A DNA stretch of 63,861 nt, counting the filler, from Octopus bimaculoides (lineage: Eukaryota): NCBI RefSeq assembly GCF_001194135.2. It is 9 parts of 8 records of this genome, joined end to end, with 100 filler letters (N's around TTAATTAATTAA, not from the genome) between each part and the next. Parts side by side here need not be neighbours in the genome. Positions count along the whole stretch, not along the records: positions 37,636 to 41,540 come from NC_068981.1; positions 41,641 to 50,420 come from NC_069007.1; 7 more parts are not named here. The stretch is one strand, 5' to 3'. Both the position numbers and the translations under genes were made by a program. Shown piece by piece: positions 38,325 through 48,799 of the stretch. Below the pieces are notes generated by a model. The model had not been told where the DNA came from, ran no database searches, and saw only the letters and a list, made by a program, of their open reading frames with translations. Each line of letters starts with the position of its first letter. Position 1 is the stretch's first letter.

Positions 38325-38915
38325 TCATGGAGGTGGCTCAACAAGGGTGACATAAAAAAGGATCATGAAAGCCTAATCATCGCAGCCCAGGACCAGGCAC
38401 TGAATACCAACTCAGTGAGAAAGAATATATACAACACGGGTGCATCGGACCTCTACAGAATGTGTGAGAAGAGGGTTGAAAGTGTGACTCGCATTGTTAT
38501 TGCTTGTGAGTCTTGCGTAGAAAGAGTACAAGTGTAGACACGACAAAGTAGCCCAAAACCTCCACTGGCTACTATGCCATAAGTATGGATATGAGGTTAC
38601 GGGTGCTTGGTACCAACATACATCGGAAAAGGTAATGGACGAAAAGGAGAAGGCAAAAATCCTCTGGGACTTTGATTTCCAGACAGACAAAGTGTTATAG
38701 CACCGAAGGCTGGATATAGTAACATTCAGGAGGGACAAACAAGAGTGCTTAATAAACGACGTAGCAGTGCCAGAATATTAACATATCATCATAAAAGAAA
38801 GAGAAGTTGATAAATATGGAGACCTGAGAATTGAGATCGCTAAGATATGGCAGCTACGAGATTCGAATATAGAGGTTATCCCTATTGTCATCGGAGCATT
38901 GGGTTCAATACCACC
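38325..38915 (+). mobile_element. R4/Dong-like LINE, zinc knuckle plus restriction-like endonuclease region
   Basis: WLNKGDIKKDHESLIIAAQDQALNT, RMCEKRVESVTRIVIAC, RHDKVAQNLHW, KILWDF..QTD...HRRLDIV...DVAVP, KYGDLRIEIAKIW, VIPIVIGALGSIP; frameshifts and stops; runs into an N gap. Confidence 0.92.
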
Positions 38916-39652
38916 NNNNNNNNNNNNNNNNNNNNNNNNNNNNNNNNNNNNNNNNNNNNNNNNNNNNNNNNNNNNNNNNNNNNNNNNNNNNNNNNNNNNN
39001 NNNNNNNNNNNNNNNNNNNNNNNNNNNNNNNNNNNNNNNNNNNNNNNNNNNNNNNNNNNNNNNNNNNNNNNNNNNNNNNNNNNNNNNNNNNNNNNNNNNN
39101 NNNNNNNNNNNNNNNNNNNNNNNNNNNNNNNNNNNNNNNNNNNNNNNNNNNNNNNNNNNNNNNNNNNNNNNNNNNNNNNNNNNNNNNNNNNNNNNNNNNN
39201 NNNNNNNNNNNNNNNNNNNNNNNNNNNNNNNNNNNNNNNNNNNNNNNNNNNNNNNNNNNNNNNNNNNNNNNNNNNNNNNNNNNNNNNNNNNNNNNNNNNN
39301 NNNNNNNNNNNNNNNNNNNNNNNNNNNNNNNNNNNNNNNNNNNNNNNNNNNNNNNNNNNNNNNNNNNNNNNNNNNNNNNNNNNNNNNNNNNNNNNNNNNN
39401 NNNNNNNNNNNNNNNNNNNNNNNNNNNNNNNNNNNNNNNNNNNNNNNNNNNNNNNNNNNNNNNNNNNNNNNNNNNNNNNNNNNNNNNNNNNNNNNNNNNN
39501 NNNNNNNNNNNNNNNNNNNNNNNNNNNNNNNNNNNNNNNNNNNNNNNNNNNNNNNNNNNNNNNNNNNNNNNNNNNNNNNNNNNNNNNNNNNNNNNNNNNN
39601 NNNNNNNNNNNNNNNNNNNNNNNNNNNNNNNNNNNNNNNNNNNNNNNNNNNN

Positions 39653-39692
<40 letters not shown>

Positions 39693-41359
39693 CAGAGACG
39701 TACTGGTATAGCAGGTGGCTTGCTGAAACAAAAACAATTGCAGCGTAGATGTTTGTAAGCCATTTAAAAAACACAGAGAACGTTAGATTCACTTCAACAT
39801 TTAAATTTTTAATTTGTGTCAGTATATTTTCATCGCTTTGAAACCGCGACCTGCTTACTGACAGAATTTCGTGCTGTATCTCTCTCTATATATATGTGTG
39901 TGTATGTGTAAATATATGCATATATGTATATATACACACACATATATGCATATGAATATGCATCTGTCTGTATGTGTGCATATATAAATATTTGTATGTG
40001 TCTATTTGTCTGTGAGTTTATATGTATATGTGTATATATGTATGTATGCAAGGCTGCCTGCTTGCATGCATGCAGGTAGGTAGCATGTGAATATACTAAT
40101 TATATAGTTACGCTAAAGAGGAAACAAAACACTGAACTTCCAGCAGTATCGGGTGAAACACGTGGAGAGTTTTATTGTTCTAAGATATTTGGTATCACAG
40201 AACAGATTTTTCCATAATACGTTGTACTATTATGGGTTTTTTTTCTTTTATGCTATATTCTTCACTTTATAATTTTTATGTTCTAATCATGTTAAATTTC
40301 TATAACAAATTAAAAAGGAAAATATCAATAGTTCTATTCTAATTCATGTTTTCAAAAATATTGTTTTATAATAATGATAATAATAATAATAATAAAGAAG
40401 AAGAAGAAGAAGAAGAAGAAGAGGAGGGCATTGTTATGACAACGTTCATTGGCACCTGCAGCTTATACAAAATTAGAAATAGCGAGGATAAGGAAATTAA
40501 TCCGAACTGCAAACTGTAATAATTTTGTTATATGAACAAAATACGAAAGTCTGGCGCCTGTACAGCTCTGTAGAACAATGTGTGCAAGAAGACATCATGT
40601 GGAGCTTGGCCTAAAGGCAAAAGCAATTTGTGAAAGTAAGAGACTTGATGCGAGATGGGAACTATTGTTTGTAGAAAGGGGAAGTGAAGTAGTCGTGTAT
40701 AAATTTGCACGGCAACCATGCTAAGAAAAATAATACAATACACCAGATAGAAATGGCGACGAATAAAACGTTTCTGACAAATTTCAGATTTTAGGTATAA
40801 CTATAGTTATTGATCTACAAAGCATTGCAAGTGAGTAGTGAACTGATAAATGCGGTAAATAATTAAAACCATTTTATAAATTGCTAACCAATAATAGAAT
40901 TTTATTGATCAGATTATAAAATTCTTTCGGTGAGAATACTAAAGAAAAAGAAACACAATTGCTTTGAGGGTGTTTTATGTGTGAAGAACAAGGCGCCTTG
41001 CTTTTACAAATTGTTATGTAGCAAGGAATAGTGAAATGGGACAGTCTATAAACAATCTAGAGGTGAAGGATGAGTAACGGACAATTAGATGACACAGAAT
41101 GTGTTATTATTCGTACAAGGAGTAATAAATCTCTCTCAATAAGACATTACACCACGGCAATGAAGGCACAATACTTTATTCACTGACTGAATGAAAGTAG
41201 AAGCTTTTAAAGCTAGACTACAGCTTTCAGGTTAGGCTGAACTTTAATACCCACATACATACACACACATAAGTATATATGTGTGTGTATATATATATAT
41301 ATGGTACATGTATGGTATATGCATGACTATCTATATATGTGTGTATATATGTACGTACG

Positions 41360-41540
41360 TGAGTGGATTTGGTAGACGGAAACTGAAAGAAGCCCGTCGT
41401 ATATATGTATATGTGTATATATATGTGTGTGTTTGTGCGTCTGTGTTTGTCCCCCCAACATCGCTTGACAACCGTTGCTGGTGTGTTTACGTCCCCGTAA
41501 CTTAGCGGTTCAGCAAAAGAGACCGGTAGAATAAGTACTG
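41360..41540 (+). mobile_element. tRNA-derived SINE, family A (3' part)
   Basis: GTGAGTGGATTTGGTAGACGGAAACTGAAAGAAGCCCGTCG...CTTAGCGGTTCAGCAAAAGAGACCGGTAGAATAAGTAC. Confidence 0.85.
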
Positions 41541-41640
41541 NNNNNNNNNNNNNNNNNNNNNNNNNNNNNNNNNNNNNNNNNNNNTTAATTAATTAANNNN
41601 NNNNNNNNNNNNNNNNNNNNNNNNNNNNNNNNNNNNNNNN

Positions 41641-41968
41641 GAGCGTGACCGTTGCCAGTGCTGCTTGACTGGCCTTGTAGGGTTTTCGAGCGAGATCGTT
41701 GCCAGTGCCCCTTGACTGGCTCTTGTGCGGGTGGCACATAAAAGACACCATTTCGAGCGTGTCCGTTTTTGTGCGGGTGACACGTAAAAGCACCCACTAC
41801 ACTCTCTGAGTGGTTGGCGTTAGGAAGGGCATCCAGCTGTAGAAACTCTGCCAAATTAGATTGGAGCCTGGTGTAGCCATCCGGTTGCACCAGTCCTCAG
41901 TCAAATCGTCCAACCCATGCTAGCATGGAAAGCGGACGTTAAACGATGATGATGATGATGATGATGAT
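41641..41968 (+). mobile_element. RTE LINE 3' UTR fragment with (GAT)n tail
   Basis: Homologous to 6474-6815 and 2030-2277; ends CATGGAAAGCGGACGTTAAACGATGATGATG. Confidence 0.85.
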
Positions 41969-42413
41969 ATATATATATATTTAGCAGACGTAACACAAGA
42001 GTGACTCAAGGTCCGAGAGATTCGTGCGTTGGCGCTTATCGAAATAAATATTAATAAAAAAAAATATACATATACTCATATTTTGAGTTCCACTTTTCCC
42101 GTTTGCACAACATACCTACACACACATACACATACACGCACACGCACACACACACACACACACACCATATTTTCCAGCCTACAAGTCGACGTAGTATTGA
42201 GTATAAATATGTAGTGTAAACATCCAAATATTGTCACTGTTTTTCCAAATCCTGCTGCAATTCACAGAGAAATTTGGATCATTTAAAATTCGTCTTGGTA
42301 TAAAAATCGATCTGCCGTTTTGGGGGTTTTATGGTGGAAAATTCGGTAAAAGAAAGGACGATAAAATTGTGTAAAAAAAAAAAATGTAATGTCTGTTTAT
42401 GTTGCAATTTCAG

Positions 42414-42595
42414 CTTCAAGGTTCTCTGATGGTCGCAAGTCTGTTGCAGATAGTGGTTGGATTCTCGGGGTTATTAGAGTTCTTCCTGCCCCTCATCGGT
42501 CCTTTGACGATAGCACCAACTATCACATTAATAGGACTGTCGTTGTTTCAAGCGGCCTCCGAAAGAGCTGCCGGTCAGTGGTACATTTCTATGAC
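42414..42595 (+). CDS. SLC23A1/2-like: SLC23/NAT-family transporter, first recovered exon (internal)
   Basis: TTTCAG acceptor, GTAAG donor. LQGSLMVASLLQIVVGFSGLLEFFLPLIGPLTIAPTITLIGLSLFQAASERAAGQWYISM(T) matches the SVCT IQGA...IGPLTITPT..LIGLS.F block. Confidence 0.95.
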
Positions 42596-43169
42596 GTAAG
42601 TAATCAATTCCGTCCTTTCCACTGGTTTCAGCCGTTGTACTACGGTCATGCTGGAGCACCAACGTGAAGGCACGATTTTACTTGTTTATTTTTCTTTAAT
42701 TTTGTTTTTTTTTTTTCTTNNNNNNNNNNNNNNNNNNNNNNNNNNNNNNNNNNNNNNNNNNNNNNNNNNNNNNNNNNNNNNNNNNNNNNNNNNNNNNNNN
42801 NNNNNNNNNNNNNNNNNNNNNNNNNNNNNNNNNNNNNNNNNNNNNNNNNNNNNNNNNNNNNNNNNNNNNNNNNNNNNNNNNNNNNNNNNNNNNNNNNNNN
42901 NNNNNNNNNNNNNNNNNNNNNNNNNNNNNNNNNNNNNNNNNNNNNNNNNNNNNNNNNNNNNNNNNNNNNNNNNNNNNNNNNNNNNNNNNNNACACACCCA
43001 CGCACACACAGATGTATGTATATAAATATATATATATATACACAAGACAAGGCATAAATAATGGTCATCGCATATTTTCCTGTATTGCAGTAAATTTGGC
43101 TTACAGCTGTTTCGGTAATTATTACAGGTTCGTCATTGATAGGTTCACTCAATCAGTCAATTGATCGAT

Positions 43170-43866
43170 TAAGAAAAATTAAACGACCTAGAAAATTAAT
43201 GCTACTTTCCTCTGAATTATTTCTGGTTTTAACCAAGCAGAACACTGAAACCATTTGTCATTTCTCCTGTTAAACTTTTGGTTTTGGTCAAAGATTTTCT
43301 CATCAGAGAAGATCCAAAATATGCCATGTTCATGAAGGGTTTTGACCTTCATAAATATAATAACTGCTAGGCCTTGACCAAACGGTTTTCCTGTGTCTTT
43401 GCAGATGTGAATTGAAATCTTTTATGTGTATATGACTTGTATCACACGTCCTCATGCAACACAGTTTTGACAGTCCACTCCAACACCTGAAGCTTTCTGA
43501 CAATGGCCCTCATTGATTTTCTGGGACCATTGATAATATTTTGAACCCGTTGGATGAACTGCAGTGTCCTTACAATGTCCAGAAGTTTAGAATGTTCTTT
43601 TGCTTTGATACAGTTGAAACATCCCCACCAGAGTCTTCCAATTCCATCCGAACTTTTGAGCACAAAAAGATCTTTCAGCATTTAAAAAGCTGTCAGTTTC
43701 TAAATCATTGTTCCGCACTTATGACAACAATGACTGCATGGTTTTCCATTTCTTGTGTTAGCATTTTTCTGCCATTGCGGGGGAATCTGAAAAAATAAAA
43801 TACTTTTATTTGGTTTAAAAAGATTAAAATTGTGATAATTGTCTTCAAATACCCCCTCGCACCCTG
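43170..43866 (-). mobile_element. Tc1/mariner-superfamily relic resembling maT (DD37D), inside SLC23 intron
   Basis: TA + CAGGGTGCGAGGGGGTATTTG terminus at 43866. Translation IVRTLQFIQRVQNIINGPRKSMRAIVRKLQV..TVKTVLHED and WIFSDEKIFDQNQKFNRRND (first catalytic Asp). Family call rests on N-terminal similarity only. Confidence 0.7.
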
Positions 43867-43958
43867 TAATGATTGACGGATCGATTCATTGATTGGCTTG
43901 ATTGATTGCTGTTTCATTTCTGCTTCCATCCTCTGTTCCATCCTCTCTTTCTTTACAG

Positions 43959-44079
43959 AGTGGTCGTTTTGATTCTGATATTTTCCCAGTATATACAAAA
44001 TATACCGATTCCTTGTGGCAAATACAGTAAGAACAAAGGCTGTACCAGAACCAACTTCTATATCTTCAAAATGTTCCCG
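43959..44079 (+). CDS. SLC23A1/2-like: SLC23/NAT transporter exon
   Basis: TTTACAG/GTCAGT; phase 2 to phase 0; (T)VVVLILIFSQYIQNIPIPCGKYSKNKGCTRTNFYIFKMFP. Confidence 0.95.
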
Positions 44080-44269
44080 GTCAGTATTCTATTATTCTGT
44101 AATTCTGTAGATTTTATATTCTGCAACTATTCTTTTCTACTCCAGGCACAAGGCCCCAAAATTTGTGGGGAGGAGGACAGTCAATTAGATCGACCTCAGT
44201 ACACAACTGGTACTTGCTTTTGATGCGTGTGTTCTCTAGGTTCTCTCTTATATCAGTACTTGCTCTGTG

Positions 44270-44525
44270 GAGACGCGTGGCTTAGTGGTTAGGGTGCTGG
44301 ACTCATGATCTTAAGATTGTGGTTTCGATTCCTGGACCGGGCGATGCATTGTCTTCTTGAACAAAGCTCTTCATTTCACGTTGCTCCAATGCACTCAGCT
44401 GACAAAAGATGAGTAATCCTGCAATGGACCGGTGTCCTGTCAGGTGGGGATTTTATACACCATGGAAACCAGGAAACCGGACCTTGTGAGTCGACATGAC
44501 TCGTAAAGGTAACTTTAACCTTTAC
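44270..44525 (+). mobile_element. tRNA-derived SINE, family B, intronic
   Basis: GGAGACGCGTGGCTTAGTGGTTAGGG...GGTTTCGATTCCTGGACCGGGCG (A/B-box-like). Confidence 0.85.
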
Positions 44526-44567
44526 TTTAGTATTCTCTCTCTCTCTCTCTCTCTCTCTCTGTTGCAG

Positions 44568-44724
44568 GTGGTCCTTGGTGTCGGTGTGGTCTGGTTCCTC
44601 TGCTACATTTTCACAATCACTGACGTTTTCCCAGCCACGCCAGGTCATTGGGGGCACAAGGCTCGAACTGACAACACCTACAAATATCTCCAGCAGGCAG
44701 CCTGGTTCCGGTTTCCATATCCAG
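44568..44724 (+). CDS. SLC23A1/2-like: SLC23/NAT transporter exon
   Basis: (CT)n-GTTGCAG/GTAAGA; VVLGVGVVWFLCYIFTITDVFPATPGHWGHKARTDNTYKYLQQAAWFRFPYP(G). Confidence 0.95.
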
Positions 44725-45569
44725 GTAAGACACTCAATTATTTCAAGTTATTGCTGTTGTTGTTGTTACTGTTGATGTTGTAGTTGTTATTGTTTAATGC
44801 AAAGTCGGCTCTGGTTGAGCAGGCACTTTCTGAAAGGCAACCCAGCCATGACCATCCTGTTTAAAGGGTTGCATTATCTGTCTTTTTCTTGCCTTAGTCA
44901 ACTACCAAAATCTCCAGATAAAGATACACGTGGCTGAAAGCAGGTTAGTGAAAGAATATTAAAAAGACCTCATGTTAATTGTGAATTGGTTCCAATTTCT
45001 AGATTAAAACCATAAACAGGCTTTTTTCCTTCGTCAACACAATACACGGGAAATATAAATACAAATAATTGTACATACCGTATAAAGTAGATTCACACGT
45101 CTACATACAAATATTTGCATGTATAGATCCAAGATAAGTCACGACAGCCACGTGTATATTATAAGAATAGCCAAGCAGTAAATGCTATTCTGGTCAGGAG
45201 TAAAAATAATTAGATTATTTTATTTTATTTATTAATTCATAATATATATATATATGAATATATATATTCTGTTGTGTCTGGGGAGAGTCATTTTCTTATC
45301 GTGCCTTAAAATTTAACACACTCACCGTTAAAATTTCCACTGTCCAGAGTCAAGACTATTGAAAAGGTTGCAAGACGCAACGAAAATTTTAGGAAAATAA
45401 AAATAATAAGTGGAAATTTTAACGGTGAGTGTGTTAAATTTTAAGGCACGAAAAGAAAATGACTCTCCCCAGACACAGAATATGCTTCAGCACACGAAAT
45501 CACATAAAAAATCTTGCAAACCAAATTCAAAAACTGAATATATATATATATATGAAATCTCCATTTCAG

Positions 45570-45719
45570 GTCAGTGGGGAGTACCAACGGTGAGTCTTGG
45601 AGGAGTTTTTGGTATGATGTCTGGCATTTTGGTGTCAATGATTGAATCCATTGGAGATTACTATGCATGTGCACGCATATCTGGAGCCCCACCACCTCCA
45701 GCCCACGCCATCAACCGGG
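45570..45719 (+). CDS. SLC23A1/2-like: SLC23/NAT transporter exon (TM8 region)
   Basis: TTTCAG/GTAAAT; (G)[49 protein letters not shown](G), family motif [11 protein letters not shown]. Confidence 0.97.
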
Positions 45720-46050
45720 GTAAATATCAAATATTTAATTTTTATCATATTTCTTATAACTCTTTTGTTCTTTTACTTGCTTTGGCCATTGAGTTGTGGC
45801 CATGCTGGAGCACCACATAGAAGTGTTGGGTATAATTTTCAATCTTTTTTTTACTCAATCATCTAATTCCAGTACTCATTTCAAACTGACTCTTATTTTA
45901 TTGATATCTGTTTGTTAAGTAAAGTTAAAGATGAGACATAAAGGAACACAGCTCAAGCATCACCATAGCCATCCTAGAGCACATGGACAATTATAAACTT
46001 GACCTTTCTCATAAAACACATGACAATATTTATATAGCAATTACGTACCT

Positions 46051-46543
46051 ATTCATTCGCTGTACGTTCTGGCAAGTTCGAAAGTGAATATGCTTATGGT
46101 TGTTGTTTTACGTCTTCAGAGAACATCTCCTTTCGTTAGACGGCTTGTGTTTATAATACAATTGACCTTATTATGTGTGTCCTCAATCAATGCTACCACG
46201 TCGTACCGATGAATCATATAAAAGTACGAGCTTTTGTTTATAGAAATCCTGATGTGTGCTGATGTCTGCTAAACTGATGATAATTTATGAGGTGCACAGA
46301 GAACAGTGACACCGCAAACAACGTATCTTTTCATTCACTGTACATTCTGGCAAGTTCGAACGTAAATGTGCTGCTCACTGTTGTTTGAAGTATTTGGAGA
46401 ACATCTTCCATTAGACAGTATGTATTCATAATACAATCGACCTTACGCGTTTCCTTAGACAATGCTACCTGGCCGTATAAAACTACGAACTCTTGCTTAT
46501 AGAAATCCTGATATCTGCTAAACTGATGATATTTTATGAGGTG
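46051..46543 (+). repeat. Diverged tandem duplication of about 215-245 bp in SLC23 intron (46051-46294 and 46330-46543)
   Basis: Shared blocks TTCTGGCAAGTTCGAA, GAGAACATCT, ATAATACAAT.GACCTTA, CAATGCTACC, TATAGAAATCCTGAT, CTGCTAAACTGATGAT...TTATGAGGTG. Confidence 0.9.
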
Positions 46544-46591
46544 TGCTCTCCATACACTTTCTGTTATTTATGATATTGTATTTATTCAAAG

Positions 46592-46695
46592 GAATTGGTG
46601 TAGAAGGTATTGGTTGTCTGTTGGCTGGTGCCATCGGAGGAAGCAGTGGTGTTACATCTTACAGTGAAAATATTGGAACAATTGGCATCACAAAG
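46592..46695 (+). CDS. SLC23A1/2-like: SLC23/NAT transporter exon carrying the NAT signature motif
   Basis: CAAAG/GTTTGT; (G)IGVEGIGCLLAGAIGGSSGVTSYSENIGTIGITK. Confidence 0.97.
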
Positions 46696-47203
46696 GTTTG
46701 TATAGGATCTATCCTCTGGCACATGAAATATTTTCTCTTGAACTGAGGTTTGGGAAACGATTGATGCTTCAAGCCCAAGACATTTCCTTGTCTGTAGTCA
46801 CTTCCCTCTTGCCAGTTTGTAACTGCCTTTTAACCCCGACATCGATATCGGGTACAGCAAGCATATGTAATAACCTGTACCACATCTCAGAAGATATATT
46901 ACACTAGATACGTAGATTTAATTTCATAATAGGGGGTTTGTAGCGTCCTGACGGCCTCCTTATATTACACAATATAAATAACCAACAAACAGTTAAATTT
47001 AAAAGAAATTTCATTAAGTAATTAAAAAAATCTGACCTTTCAGAATTATAATCAATGCTAACTTCAAAATAGTTAATGCTCTTGATAAATAATACCACGA
47101 TAGCAAATTTGATTAAACTTTACAGTATATCCATAAGAATTCTCTGTTTCTCACTCATCCATCAACACACACATACGGTCTATTATACCCTGCCTTGTTA
47201 CAG

Positions 47204-47333
47204 ATCGCCAGTCGTGCTGTCATCCTCACTAGTGGAATCATTATGATGGTGTTGGGATGTTTTGGAAAACTTGGCATTTTATTGGTCACTATGCCAGACC
47301 CAATTGTTGGGGGAATGTTCCTCATGATGTTTG
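47204..47333 (+). CDS. SLC23A1/2-like: SLC23/NAT transporter exon
   Basis: TTACAG/GTAAGT; IASRAVILTSGIIMMVLGCFGKLGILLVTMPDPIVGGMFLMMF(G). Confidence 0.97.
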
Positions 47334-47574
47334 GTAAGTCCTTTTTTCGTCCTCTCCATTTTGCTCTTTATATATATNNNNNNNNNNNNNNNNNNNNNNN
47401 NNNNNNNNNNNNNNNNNNNNNNNNNNNNNNNNNNNNNNNNNNNNNNNNNNNNNNNNNNNNNNNNNNNNNNNNNNNNNGTTTGGTAAGTCCTTTTTTCGTC
47501 CTCTCCATTTTGCTCTTTATATATATGATATAGTTCTGTCTCTCTTTCTCTCTCTACATATGTTTCTTCCACAG

Positions 47575-47718
47575 GAATGGTAGCCGCCGTCGGTCTTTCC
47601 AATTTACAACACGTTAATTTAGAATCTTCACGGAATCTGATGGTTCTTGGAGTCTCCTTGTTTGTTGGAGTATCTCTGCCTTTGTGGATTCAGGCAAATC
47701 AGGCTGACATTAAGACAG
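47575..47718 (+). CDS. SLC23A1/2-like: SLC23/NAT transporter exon
   Basis: CCACAG/GTGAGA; (G)[47 protein letters not shown](G). Confidence 0.97.
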
Positions 47719-47908
47719 GTGAGAAAATTGCATCAATACAAGTGTGATTATGCATTTATACAGGTAGATGTTGCATTAATGCAGATTAGACACCAAACAC
47801 TGGTAGATGTTACACATCTATCAACCTACATGCATACTTGTCTATCTATCTATCCATGTATGTATGTATGTATGTATTTCAGTTCTGAAATTCTTGTTAT
47901 TTTCTCAG

Positions 47909-48004
47909 GAAATGCTGAACTGGACCAAGTTCTTCAAATTCTTCTGGGTTCCAATATGTTTGTTGGAGGTTTTATTGGGTTCGTTTTAGACAACACAATC
48001 CCAG
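47909..48004 (+). CDS. SLC23A1/2-like: SLC23/NAT transporter exon
   Basis: TTCTCAG/GTAAGA; (G)[31 protein letters not shown](G). Confidence 0.97.
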
Positions 48005-48157
48005 GTAAGAATGTTCTTTTAATTCCTTCATTTAGTTTTGTGTGTATAATATGTATGTATAATTATTCTTAGAACATATTCTATCCTTGTTAATGCAAGA
48101 ACCTGATTGTTAAAACATTATAGCATAATTCTAATTACTGTTAACATTTAATTTCAG

Positions 48158-48423
48158 GAACTCCTGAAGAACGTGGAATTATCAAGTGGGAAAATATTGT
48201 TGACAGCAAAGCTAAAGATACTTCTGGATCCTATGATACTTACTCATTCCCAAGACCAATACAGAAACTGGTCGACAGGTGGACTTGGCCTGTTTATGTA
48301 CCATTTTGTCCATCTTATAATTCCTACATCTCCAGGCTTGTCAAGCGTATCGCTGCCTGCTGTTCATGCCGCAAAAAACCAACTGAACCCGTGCCAAAAC
48401 ACTCCATTGAAATTATGTTGTAG
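48158..48423 (+). CDS. SLC23A1/2-like: SLC23/NAT transporter terminal coding exon
   Basis: TTTCAG acceptor; (G)TPEERGIIKWENIVDSKAKDTSGSYDTYSFPRPIQKLVDRWTWPVYVPFCPSYNSYISRLVKRIAACCSCRKKPTEPVPKHSIEIML, stop TAG 48421-48423. The nine exons sum to 1350 nt in one frame. Confidence 0.95.
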
Positions 48424-48799
48424 CTGCGGTTTCTGATAATCTTGTCCACATATTCACATAATATATAATGTGTGTGTGTATATGTTGGGGCTGACTGAAT
48501 GGTCCACCGGTTTTCGAAACTTCTTATTGACACTGGAGGCAAAGATATGCATGCATGCATGCATGTGCAGAAATATACAGAGAGAGAGGGGGAGGGAATG
48601 ATGGAAGGAGAGAGTAAAAAACGAGAGGGGGAGAGAGATTATTATTAATTGAACACTAGGGAGATCAAGCTTTTGCTCTCCTTATACGCTTAAAGAGGAA
48701 TATGCAGACACATAAACAAAGTGTGAGACAGAGAGAGGGGGAGGAAGAGGCAAAGAGTGAGGGAGAGGGATTGCTTCGTGGAAGCTTTTCAAGCGGCCC

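Noticed and set aside
38778-39792. ORFs of 250-340 aa spanning N runs (also 5830-6318, 10010-11026, 26032-26979, 31150-31932, 53182-53870)
   Set aside because: Length comes from untranslatable N gaps.
47329-47526. Apparent duplication of the exon end and donor site (47329-47377 repeated at 47478-47526)
   Set aside because: Identical copies flank a 100-N gap; overlapping contig ends.
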